Below are positions 24,280 through 36,400 of a stretch of DNA of 64,000 nucleotides, piece after piece (position 1 is the first letter of the stretch; each line of letters begins with the position of its first letter). Where the stretch lies: assembly GCA_024704765.1 (NCBI GenBank), contig JAKMXF010000255.1, positions 434,001 through 498,000 on the forward strand, given 5' to 3'. A program made the position numbers and the translations under genes. Under the pieces are notes generated by a model, which did not search any database, was not told where the DNA came from, and worked only from the letters and a program-made list of their open reading frames with translations. The stretch is from Oopsacas minuta. Its lineage: Eukaryota > Animalia > Porifera.

Positions 24280-24488
24280 TTGTTAATAAAGTATTAGAAA
24301 TTTATTAATAGTATTAGTATGTTGCGTAATATATACGTGAATGTGCGATTAACGCCATTGAAATTCTCCTAACTGTTACTCTAAATTTATCTGTGTTGTC
24401 GTGTAAGGAAGTTCAGTATAAATACTTCAAAAGGAGAGTAAGTTATTACAAGATTAACTCAAAATATACTACACACTACAACATTATC

Positions 24489-26903
24489 ATGACAGATCAT
24501 ATCAATCTAGATCGTAGCAAGGAGCTTCCTCAATTGAGAGATGAAATATATCTAGACAATGCTGGAGCAGGTCTCCCCCTTAAATCACACCTCACCAGCT
24601 ACTATGAGGATATTTCCACTAACCTATATGGTAACCCACACAGTCAACATGCAGCTAGTAAAGCAACAGCTCAGATTGTAGATAGTGTCAGAGAAGAAAT
24701 CACTAGGTTTATGAATACAGATTTATCTCAATACTCTGTCATATTCACTTCTGGTACTACAAGTGCATGTAAGCTCTTGGCGGATAGTTTCTGCTGGGGA
24801 AGGGGTGAGGGAGACACAAGAAGTAACCATGTGTATATGAACTCAGAACATGAAGAGTTTCAGTCTAGCTGTATGCGTGTACAGAATGCTGTAGATAGTA
24901 ATCAGAGCTGTTACATATACACAGAACCTAACCATACATCTGTAGTTGGTATAAGACAAATAGCTAAACAGGAAGGTGCACTATCCGTGTGTATTAGAGA
25001 TGAGGATCTGTTCGAGGAGCGTTCGTCTAACCCACCAACTAATCAGCTAGCGAAACAGGATAAATTTAATAATACAGAAATAGATCCTTTGAAAATCATG
25101 CATGAGACTCCAATGAAGGCTTATGAACTGTTCTCTATTTTATCCAAAGACTACGAGGATAAGAAACAGCAACTACATTCACAAGGCTTCCATCTAATAG
25201 CATACCCCGGTACTTGTAATTTCTCCGGTAGGAAGTATCCTATAGGTGCAATTGAGAGGAGAACTAGGTCAAATTGGAATTTGTGTGGAATTAATTTTCC
25301 TGCAAACTCAGTTAAAGTGTTCGTTGATACAGCTGCAGCACTAAGCACCAGCCAAATAGATCTGACTCGAGATAGGCCACATTTCATTGCTGTATCCTTC
25401 TACAAACTATTCGGATTCCCGACTGGTATAGGAGCCTTGCTTATCAGGAATGACACATGTCACATACTGCATAAGAGATACTTTGGAGGAGGTTCTATTT
25501 CTTGTTTTGTAAGCAGACACGATTACCATACCCCTAACGAGAAAATACATGACTTCTTTGAAGATGGTACTATCTCCTATCAAAGCATACTAGCTCTGTA
25601 TCACGGATTCAAAACATTCAAATCATTAGGTCTCTCAATGTCAAAGATATCTTTGCAAACATTCTCTCTCACTGAATACACACACTCACAATTATCCTCT
25701 CTCAAGCATTATAACAACACTCCTGTATGCAAATTCTACACAGGACATGCTAAGCTAGAGCCTAACACACAAGGTCCTATACTAACTTTCAATGTGCTAC
25801 GCCCTGACGGTAGTATTGTAGGATTTGATACTGTGAATAAGAAAGCTATGGATAACAAGATTTGCATTAGAGTAGGTTGTTTCTGTAACATCGGTGCTTC
25901 TCAGAAATATCTTCCACTCAGTGATGAGGACCTGCTGTTATTCCTTGAGGTAGGACACAAGTGTGGGGACAATATGGATGTTGTTAGGGGTGTGCCTACT
26001 GGCGCCGTACGTGTTTCATTCGGGTATTACAGCAAGAAGGAGGATGCTGATAAAATGATTGCCATGATTAGGAAATATTTCGTCACTGATCATGATCCCG
26101 TCTCAGAGTCAGATAAAGGAGGATTGCTTATTAAAGAGATATCTCTCTACCCAGTGAAGTCGTGTGCAGGTTTGAAGGTGGATACATGGCCAGTATCTGA
26201 TCAGGGACTTTTCTACGACGGAATGTGGGTGATTAGAGACAAGAGGAATAAAGTAGTGAACTTAACCATGGATAAGAACCTTTCTAAAATACAGCCTGGC
26301 ATTGATTTGAATACTGGCATATTGCAACTCAGTTATCCAGGCAAACAGCCAATCTCTATCAAGATTAAGGGGTTTAAGAATCATAGTCAGCTGTTTAAGC
26401 TTACGGTATCAGCTGGTGTTAATATTCAGACTGAATCTTCTGTTACAGATGTTAATTCATGGTTGTCGCAAGCGTTGGGTTATGACGTCACGCTATCACA
26501 ACAAATAGCTAGCAGATACACAATTGACAAACCAAACCCCGCGGAACTGGGTAAGCCACCATTAATTAGGAAAGTTAAATCTCCATTGTCATTGCTGTCA
26601 CAGACGTCAGTTGATAAGGCAGTGAGTGAGAGCAAACAAATGGGTGGAACCTACACTGCTGGAGAGGTTATGAATAAGATGAGAGGGAACCTGCTCCTGG
26701 ATGGAGAGGGAATAGAAACTATCTCTGAGCACAAACTGAGGCGTAACTCAATGAATAGTGTTACGATGCATTATGTGAGTGATGCTAATTATAGTATAGT
26801 GGGTAGGAAGTCTATATTAGGGATACAGGTTTGTGCTCCGTCTGGTAAGAGGTCTATGTCATTTCCAGTGATATCTGTAGGAGGGATGATAATGATTAAA
26901 TAA
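24489..26903 (+). CDS. MOCOS: Molybdenum cofactor sulfurase, intronless; likely start ATG 24489 (about 804 aa)
   Basis: YLDNAGA, LYGNPHS, VIFTSGTT, PLP-Lys motif SFYKLFGFPTGIGAL, RVGCFCN, GAVRVSFGY and MOSC-N motif LYPVKSCA. Confidence 0.9.
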   Translation: MTDHINLDRSKELPQLRDEIYLDNAGAGLPLKSHLTSYYEDISTNLYGNPHSQHAASKATAQIVDSVREEITRFMNTDLSQYSVIFTSGTTSACKLLADSFCWGRGEGDTRSNHVYMNSEHEEFQSSCMRVQNAVDSNQSCYIYTEPNHTSVVGIRQIAKQEGALSVCIRDEDLFEERSSNPPTNQLAKQDKFNNTEIDPLKIMHETPMKAYELFSILSKDYEDKKQQLHSQGFHLIAYPGTCNFSGRKYPIGAIERRTRSNWNLCGINFPANSVKVFVDTAAALSTSQIDLTRDRPHFIAVSFYKLFGFPTGIGALLIRNDTCHILHKRYFGGGSISCFVSRHDYHTPNEKIHDFFEDGTISYQSILALYHGFKTFKSLGLSMSKISLQTFSLTEYTHSQLSSLKHYNNTPVCKFYTGHAKLEPNTQGPILTFNVLRPDGSIVGFDTVNKKAMDNKICIRVGCFCNIGASQKYLPLSDEDLLLFLEVGHKCGDNMDVVRGVPTGAVRVSFGYYSKKEDADKMIAMIRKYFVTDHDPVSESDKGGLLIKEISLYPVKSCAGLKVDTWPVSDQGLFYDGMWVIRDKRNKVVNLTMDKNLSKIQPGIDLNTGILQLSYPGKQPISIKIKGFKNHSQLFKLTVSAGVNIQTESSVTDVNSWLSQALGYDVTLSQQIASRYTIDKPNPAELGKPPLIRKVKSPLSLLSQTSVDKAVSESKQMGGTYTAGEVMNKMRGNLLLDGEGIETISEHKLRRNSMNSVTMHYVSDANYSIVGRKSILGIQVCAPSGKRSMSFPVISVGGMIMIK

Positions 26904-27444
26904 TTTATTCACAAATACTTTATGTATTTCTTGTAATGTTTATTGGTATTGAATGGATCTCCTTTTTGTACATTTATGTTGATGAACATTAAAAATTAAT
27001 ATATTTAAAATATGAATATCCTTTAGTACTGATGTGAGAGGAAACTGATCCATGGTTACTGTCTTAACTTTGCAATATACTGAGTAATACAGCCTTTGTT
27101 TTTTGTAGGATGACTATTAAATACAAATATTCTAGCATCAGGATTTTGTACTGGAGAGGAGGAATAATATCTATTATCCAGACAGACTGCTCACATAATA
27201 CAGTCAGGGTTGCTTATTATAAACCAAGCCAGTGGACAAGTGACCTCAATAAAATCATTCCTCCACCCTGTAATTACGAGCTATGATCTTGGATTTGAAT
27301 ATCTAAGAGATCATTTTGTTATCTAGCGCAACGTATAACGAGAATCCACTGTACAGCAAAACAATTGAATACCATGACAAAACTTATTATAGTGAAAATT
27401 TTAATTACTAATCAACATTCATATTCTATATACATACATACACA

Positions 27445-30400
27445 TTACTTCTCTCTTTGACACAACACTAGTATAACTAATAAAATACTGCTAGAGAAGA
27501 GTATTCAGGCAAACAAGCTCTATCCGCCGTTGTAACATTGTTTACACGTGACATATATAGGAAGGCTGAGGAGTGTTTATTCTAATATGCGATTTTTTGA
27601 GGGTTTAAACTGTGGGAAATTAAAGTAGTTGAGATCGTTGTGTTTATTTATGAAGTAACTGGGATTGAAATACCGAGTTGTTCTTTTAGAATTCTCATTT
27701 GTTCCTTCATTTTTTCGATCTAAAATGATGTTAATAATATGTATAAACATATTTAATACATTGACCATGATTCGTAACTTATCATTTAGTATAACTCACT
27801 TCTAATTGTTTCTCTTCCAGCTGTGTGTCTAATTCAATTTGTTCTGGACTCCTCCTGCTAAAAATAATATTTATAATTACAGATATAATTATTACACTAA
27901 TATTCAAAGTTTAAGATGTTTGACATATTATGCCAGGGATATTCGATCAACGGCTAACGGTCTACTCCTGTTATTTCGAAGCTCAAGGGACCGCGATAAT
28001 CACTTCGATATAAGCGAAGAACCATATAACCGGTGTAATATATGTTACTTTGACGGTTTGAATTTGAGACCATGTTTGATATCAGGGAGTTGACTGTACT
28101 CACTGTATTAGAAATCACTAACGTAGATTGGTAGCATGCACCCAAGCAATAAGTATTGCGATTTTTAAGTTAATTGCATCAGAAATTATTACTTAATAAT
28201 TTTAAATCTAGACACTCACCTCACTGAGCTTATTCCATTAGCCTCTAGCTGTATCTTCCTAAACTCTTCATAGAGATGTTCATGTGTTGAATTTTGTAGG
28301 TCACTCATATGTGTGCTATACAAAATTAGAAGATAATACATTCATACAAATAACTATTGATTTAGCTAATGAATTGTTACCACAACTAAGGTATTGTTAT
28401 TAGTGGTAGTATTCAACTTATGTGTTACTTATAATAGCGCTATTTATCTGTCATGAGGTTAGATAATATGTGGCTAGGTTTGTGCCGTTGCGTGCTAGTT
28501 TATCAATTTTGAGGTTGAATTGACTTTAATGTATTAATTCACTTATTCATTTTGGGATTATTCAAATCGAGAGCTTATTAACTTCACAGCCCTCGCAATA
28601 ATTAAAGATTAGTTATTTCAGGTGTTGTAGATCCTTCTTGAGTGTTCACATTCGTTACGCAATCATAGCATCCTATGAACTAATTTATCATGTCTCAACT
28701 TACCCTAACAGCATTGACTTTAGGAAAGAAAAGTCACAATGTTCTGGATTCTCAACTAAAATACAAAAGATTATTAATATGAATTCACCAGTGTACCTTC
28801 GTGTAATTATTATGCCATATATGGCCATTTAGCAAATACATATATGTACATGTATAACTGAATTATAGTACATTTTAGTAAATACACAACTATCATCCTT
28901 GATAGTGAAATGTAAAAATTGAATACATTTGTACTCTAGCTTACCTTCAACAATTCCCCATGGGTATTCTCTTCCTAACATTTTCTTTCCGTTTTTGGAG
29001 ATAACTGTATTAGCTCCTATCACTGTGTAAGGTAACTTATTCTAAGAAATTAAATTATGAGCGTAATTTCTAATCAGGGCAGAGTGGTCGCTCTAAATGC
29101 TTAAAAATTGCAAGATTATCGCTCCGTATTTTCCCAATGTAACCACATCCTCTGGTTTGTGAGGATCGTCACACAACTCTATATTTTAAAAATTGAGTAT
29201 TACCTGTATTTGTTCCATTTCTTGCTGTGTCAGGTCGCTATCATCTGCTGTGCAATCATATACTTCTATGCTATTTTCTAACAACTCTTGTCTCACCTAA
29301 AAGCATACGAATACCATCAATTACTAATTATAATGTTTATCTATGATCAGCTAAAGCCTTGAAATGGCCGAATTTGACAATGCAAATACACAGGTATCTC
29401 GGTTAGTAACAGCTTTCATAAGACGTAACATTGAGTATCATATGTCACTACATTATGTAACACATGTATGAACTCTATTGTCTCGTACAAAAATGCAATT
29501 AACCATCCTGTCTATATGTCAAAACTTTGAATAACTATTCATTACTTCTATTCTATACAATTCACTTTTACGTGAACCTGAATGTAGTAGTTATCAACTC
29601 TTATTTGTGTAATTGTATGTATACAAACGTATTTCCGTATGGAGATATGCATTATCAATTCTGTAACTTCTTTTTACTCGAAATATTATCCCAATAGTTG
29701 AGTGCGTCATCCGACGGGTTAATTAATTAACATGACGTTTAACGCTCTTTGAGACATTTTATTCTTTTCACTCAATTTTACACTATTCAATGTGGGAACT
29801 AAACGAATACCAATTGACAGCGTTTACAAAATCAATGGAGGTCAAGTATCTCCAAATATTTAATACAAATCTCTACGTGCCCTGCTATACGTATTAATCA
29901 TAATCTAATATAGTTATAATTAATTACCTTCTCCTTGAGCATGACCACCTCCTCTTCAGATAGGGTATCTGCTTTAGCTATGACAGGAATAATATTGACT
30001 ACACTGCATAGTTTCTTCATAACTAATACGTCTATTGGTCGGAGTCTAGATAGATAATTATTTTGTAGTATATTATTACTGTAATGAATTGATATAATTG
30101 ACAAAAGAATAGTTTTTATTTGTAGACACGGAAGACAGATTTAATTTACAGTAAATTAAGTCATATTCCTCTGTTTATCATATTTTTAACTTTCTATTTG
30201 CATTAACAATTGGACGCGACATGTTAAACTCATTTCTATTTATAATCAGCATTAATTATATTATAAGACATGAAGAAATAATTATAATTATTCTGTCTGA
30301 CAATAAAGTGAGGAAATTATTTATTGCTTTTACTTACTACCATCATTGTATCGATCAGTATTGAATTACCGTATTTCCCTGAACAAGCGGAGAGGGCTAG

Positions 30401-33400
30401 AAAAACGCTCCGAGACTTCTGTCGCCGCACCCTGTGCCCTCTGTCCAGGAAAATCATGGAGGGTTTCATGAAAGGCTCAACATTTCTTTATATTTCAAAT
30501 AGATTCAACTGTGCTATTGTTATTCCCCATTAGTTAGTATAATGTCTAGTCCGTCCCTCCTCTCACTCAATCCCAAAAACTTAACTCCACATAAAGCACG
30601 CTGGCAGAAAAAAAGCAACATTTATAATCAACAAACCAAGCCAATACCCGACACACCCAACAATTTCCCTAGTAGGTTAGCTAATGGTAAATCTCCGCAT
30701 ACTCCCTCTCACAAGAAAGTAAGTGTTCTATCAGGCAAATACTGCTCTATATATCGCAAGAGTCCCTGTGAGATAAGCTTCAACAAGACACCCTGTAAGA
30801 CACGGGATTACAAACCCACAACACCCAACATAAACAGAGGGAATACTCCTAGAGGTTGTAGGTGAGTTATATTGGAAACGCGTAGAAATTCTACTTATTG
30901 AGTAGGAGTTATCTACGCCATTTTCAAGGTAAATATTATGCAACAGAATTTATGTTTATTTCACTGACCTTAACATAACAACACAGACTCATTTTACTAC
31001 TCATTTCCTTGATATTTAATATTTACCTGATGCTACATGCTTAGCTGTATGATAATATCATTTAGTTCCACCTGTTAATACTTAGAATTTTACAAATTTT
31101 TCTGTAAGCACATTTCAATAATAATAACATTATAACTTATTCTCCAGTAATAACCTCTTATATAGGGCAGCCCTATGAACAACCGACCAGAGATCTCAGA
31201 ATTGCCAGGAATGCCAGGATCTTAAAATTTATTGTATAAACTACACACTACATCATATTAGATCTGATTTTTTAAATCCATTCAACTCCAGAAAAATACA
31301 CAAATATAAGTTTCAAGCATTTTCTATATCCTATATGTACACTCTTGTTCTGAATTTTTAAGAATATTAATTTTCCTGATCTAGGGAGGTTTCCGGAGTT
31401 GCACTGTATTTAATCAATAAACTCCTCTGTGCTTTAGGTATATACCAAATCGTTGTCAACTTGATCCAGAATTCGCTGCATTCCAGCTGTCTAGCTCGGA
31501 AGATGAACCCGAAAGAGATGAGAATGCTACGAATATCCTCAACCCAGATTCTACTCGTATTCTATCATTCCAACCTGTGAAGAATCTTAAACCAGAAGAG
31601 CAGACTAATAGACATGATGCTATCTATTCTCAGAGTACTTCAGAAATAGCAAGACAGAACCGTGCTAAGTTAAACAGACATATACCTACACACTCTGACA
31701 AGATACTTGATGCTCCTGGTGTAAAGAATGATTTCTATCTCAATTGTCTAGACTGGAATCAGAATAATTTTATAGCTATCTCTCTAGCGGACGAGGTTAC
31801 CAATAGGAATATACTAATCTGCTGTATACTATCATTTCACCATCTAATTAATAAAATGTTCGAATGACAGGTGATCTCTCCTATAGGTATATTTATGGAA
31901 CGCTGCAACATCTAAAGTAGACAGACTCAACAGCCACGTATCATCTCCGTATATATCTAGTGTGAAGTGGTCATCTCTCAGTTCGTACCTAGCTGTAGGC
32001 ACCTCCTCTGCTAAAGTAGAGCTATGGGATGTGAGCAGACAGGTCAGACTCCGTGTTATGGATGGTCACTCATCCAGAGTCGGAGCTTTAGCCTGGAACG
32101 GACACACCCTCACTACAGGGTCACGTGCGGGTACATTATGTCATCATGATGTCAGAATACCAGAGCATCTCTTTTTACAAACGCATAATCATGAACAGGA
32201 AATATGCGGTCTGGCCTGGTCTAATGATGGACAGTACTTAGCTAGTGGCGGTAACGACAACATAGTGTGTGTATACAACTCTGTATCACTCAGAACTCCG
32301 CTACATACATTGACAGAACACACAGCTGCTATTAAGGGTATAGCTTGGTGTCCATGGCAACCCAGTCTACTTGCAACAGGGGGAGGTACATCTGACAGGT
32401 GAATAGTGTGTATGTATTGTTATCCGAAGCGGGTACATGAATTCTAAAATTTCTCCTGATCGATCGATATTATTTTGGCCGCTATAGAGAGGTTATTATA
32501 ATGGGAAATGGAATGGGACAGTTTTTAGGTGACCGTTAAGCAGGTTTGACTGTACATTTACAATTTTCAATAAAAACACGAATAATCCTCCAGTAAATAT
32601 TAAAAATTCTTTTGTATAACTCACGAGAATTGGCAATATTCATTTTGCAATGTGTATGTAGATACATTAGATTCTGGAACGCAGCTACAGGAAGGTGTTT
32701 AAGCGCAGTGCAGACACCCTCCCAGATATCTTCTCTCCTTTGGAATCAAGAATACAAGGAACTAGTCAGTGGACATGGATTTGCTAATTACGAGATATCT
32801 GTATGGAAGTATCCCAATATGAATAAGTTAGCTGATTTACATGGACATACAAATAGAGTACTTAATATAGCTATGAGTCCTGATGAAACAGCTGTAGCTT
32901 CAATTGCCGCAGATGAGACACTGCGAATATGGAAGCTATTTCCACACGGAGAAGCCGGACACACGAAATTGGCAGCAGAAGTCAAATCCCTGAATTTATC
33001 ACCAAGCACTGGATGTGGGAAATTGAGATCAATTCGTTGAGCAACTTTATCACTAACAATGTACATTATTATTTCTTAACCAATTGCACTAGATTTACCC
33101 AAATTGTCTCTCGCCACGTGGATACTTATCAATACACACGCACTATAACCTTACGCCAAACACTCGATACTTAAAATCCTATATCGAGGCTCATAATTGG
33201 CTTATTCTTAAACACGATGACTCAGGATGTATAAATATTTATCTAACCAGTTCCAAAGGAATTAAAATTATCTGGTTTGTACTGGGAGGGTTCATATACT
33301 TTGGCATCAAGTTCACTATGTTAACTAGCAAGATATTTAACATTAAAGTAATCTCAATACTATGATTTGATAATTATGTAACCACTGTGTAGGTGTAGTT

Positions 33401-36400
33401 AGAAATGGGTCGTGGTCATATGTAATTTTCACACATTTCTGAGTATGTGATGAATATTTTGTGAGGTTGTGAGGTTGTAAATCGAGTAGTTTTACACAAA
33501 TGTACGAGGATATAATAAAATTACTTGCCCGTGTCCGTTTGGACTGATAAAATACAAACAAGCATGTACTCTCGTATCCTGTATATGTCTTCTATTCATT
33601 CCACTCTCATCTGAATAGAAACTCTCGAATTGATTGTTGATGTAGTCCAGTATAGGAACACAGCTAGGGAATGCAATAATAATAATTTTAACATATAACT
33701 CATATACCTTATCACATTCTGATGATGTAACAAACAGTCATATAACAATTAATTATCACCTACGAACATTACAAGCATGTTGTTTTGCAGAAATTGGTCC
33801 CCCCTACGAAAATGGTCCGGGGGACCATTTTCTGCAAATACAAAAACGTGCAGATTTTGGTCCCCCTTTGCAGAAAATGGTTCCCCGGACCATTTTCGTG
33901 GGGGGGGACCATTTTCTGCAAACAATGTGCTTGAGGCTCTACAAGAATCCAATCAATCTGTACTTGCACAATTATTACAAATTATGATTGAATATTTTAT
34001 GAATCCAATTTGTCTATCTTTGCTTATTTAATTAGAACATTCACACTATCAATTACACTTCTCATCCATTCTATGTGTTTTATTTGACAGTAATAAAACG
34101 CTTATACTACAGTAGGTGTACTATTTGTATGACAGTTGCATTTACGTATAATGTAGATCCAAATTAGAGGTTTCGCGCTTCAAAGTTCAATTTAATTGAG
34201 TAAAGAAGAAAAGTTTTGTGAGTACACAATACGCAGGTCAGTCCAATTTTATATTTGTCCGACTTTATAATTTATTTACAGGAAACCTTTACCTTGTTTT
34301 TCACAATTATAATTTGACTTTACTTCATATCACAAATGTTATAATTATCGTTAAAGTATTCCTTATAGATTCATGAGAAATTAGAAACCTTCCTAAAGTG
34401 AAACTATATTACATGTGGATGGTTGCTGTGGGTAAAGTCATTGAGATATCCCTTATGCGATTGCTCTTACAATTATCACATTAGTTATTTCAGAAGTACT
34501 AAGATGAGTGGGTAGTTACTTTCGGAAGTATAATTGTAATAATTAATTTATAATCCACTTCCTATAACAATTTCCATTTTGTCATTTACATGCTTGTTCT
34601 TCAGGTGCATGTTAGTAGTAATCAGCTGTGTGGTAGATTTTAACAGTACTAGATAATTATGATAATATGTAGAATAACAAGAACGTTACGTGGGTTATTT
34701 CTTATTAATACAGGTTATCTACATACAGGTGCTCCTAGCGGGACGCTATATCCACCGCAATATTGTAACTTTTATCCATAAATTAATGAATGTTTATTAA
34801 AAACCTATTATTTCGGAAGTAAATACAACTCACCAATCTGTTCCATCCATACAATCTCCGAATCCAGGTGTATCTATAATGTTAACTTTCATAGTAACTC
34901 CTCTCTGCACAAATTCTACTTGATGCTTTTCAATTTGTGTTGTTTTCATTTTGCGTTCTATATAATTAATATTTATGTGATTTATTGATGATATGAATAA
35001 TTGTATTTACTTATGTGCAAATAATTTACAAATGACTACGCTTTGATGGACCATGTTTGTCCAGACATTCGTCTCATTAAACAGAGTCTACAATTGCACA
35101 AATATTTTGTGTTAGTTACAGAATCGATCATATATATTTACAAAAATACTACTCACCTTGTACTGCTGGTATTGTTTTTGTCTGACATCTCTGTGACTCG
35201 AAAAGAGAATCAATCAATGTTGTTTTCCCAAGTCCAGCCTCGCCTAATATAATATAATAGCATATGTATAACTTCTACATACATCATTAATATTTATCGT
35301 ACGACTGTGAAATATCTTATATTTTGAATTAACCATAGCTCCAAACATTACTGATGATAGCCCACTTTTGCATGCATTAACATAATAATCCAGGTGAACA
35401 TAGTGTATTATAGTAATCAATATGGCTCTTGGTATTTTATCTATAGAGCTCAGGTTTCTACTGTACCTCAGTCTGATCGTCTTTTGTGATACATTACAAT
35501 TCAACATTTAGGTTACCATGTACAAGATATCTTTATGTTTTGTTTAAATTCCTAAGATTCTATTTTATCACAGGGAGGCCAGGTAGCGATAAATTCCCCA
35601 GACTTATAAAGCCAGACAAGGGTTTGATGTTATTTAACACACACATAAATACCTATATTTTCGACAACATTGCTCAAGGAAAATAATAATGTCGGTGGTA
35701 TTAATTAAATTTATCTAGCATGTTACTATTGAATCATTTACATATTATAAATTCGAATTCGCTCGATTTCATCGATTAATTTGTGACGGTTATTAATTAA
35801 GAATTATGGGGCTCAGCCAGAGTTCAACGCGGCCCGCGGGCTGTGCTGGCCAAGCCAAAACTTTCGCGGGCCTTGGCGCCGGGCACAAACATCATGATTA
35901 CGACCGATCTGAACTGTTTTTTATTATCATGACTATGAGTACCAATTAGGGAATACATAAGTAAATGAAACTCAGTAAAGTCTTCACATTTATGCATCAG
36001 TTTTCAGAAACTCAGTTCCTGGTAAGGATTCCTAATTAGACCCTCCACATGAGAATTAATTACAAACACATTACAATTTAGTATATATCATTTTGACTAA
36101 TTATATATTAATACAAGTAATAGCTAACTTTCATTAATATTTAAGCGTTTTTCCCCTAGAATTTTCTTGCGTGATGAAAAGATTTGTGCAGGCTTCTTGC
36201 GGGCCGCGGGGGGGCCTGTGTTACAAATTTCGGCCCGCATGCAACTCTGAGCTCAGCTCGCTGACCCAACATATATGGAACGATTATTTCATTTTTGAAT
36301 CATAACCCCCAGAACAATCTTCTTATCCTCGTAAAAATAGACCACGAGCTGATCCTCCAAATATCTATTCTAACTTAATAATTATTGCATATTCCATTTC

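Noticed and set aside
24393-24488. N-terminal extension of MOCOS given by the ORF track
   Set aside because: It begins at CTG and is AT-rich; ATG 24489 gives a normal distance to YLDNAGA.
27112-27290. 59-codon plus-strand ORF after a good acceptor
   Set aside because: Below supportable evidence: no motif, no partner exon, and it lies between two convergent 3' ends.
33749-34031. Three overlapping ORFs with repeated AENGP motifs
   Set aside because: They are translation artefacts of the GC-rich foldback element.
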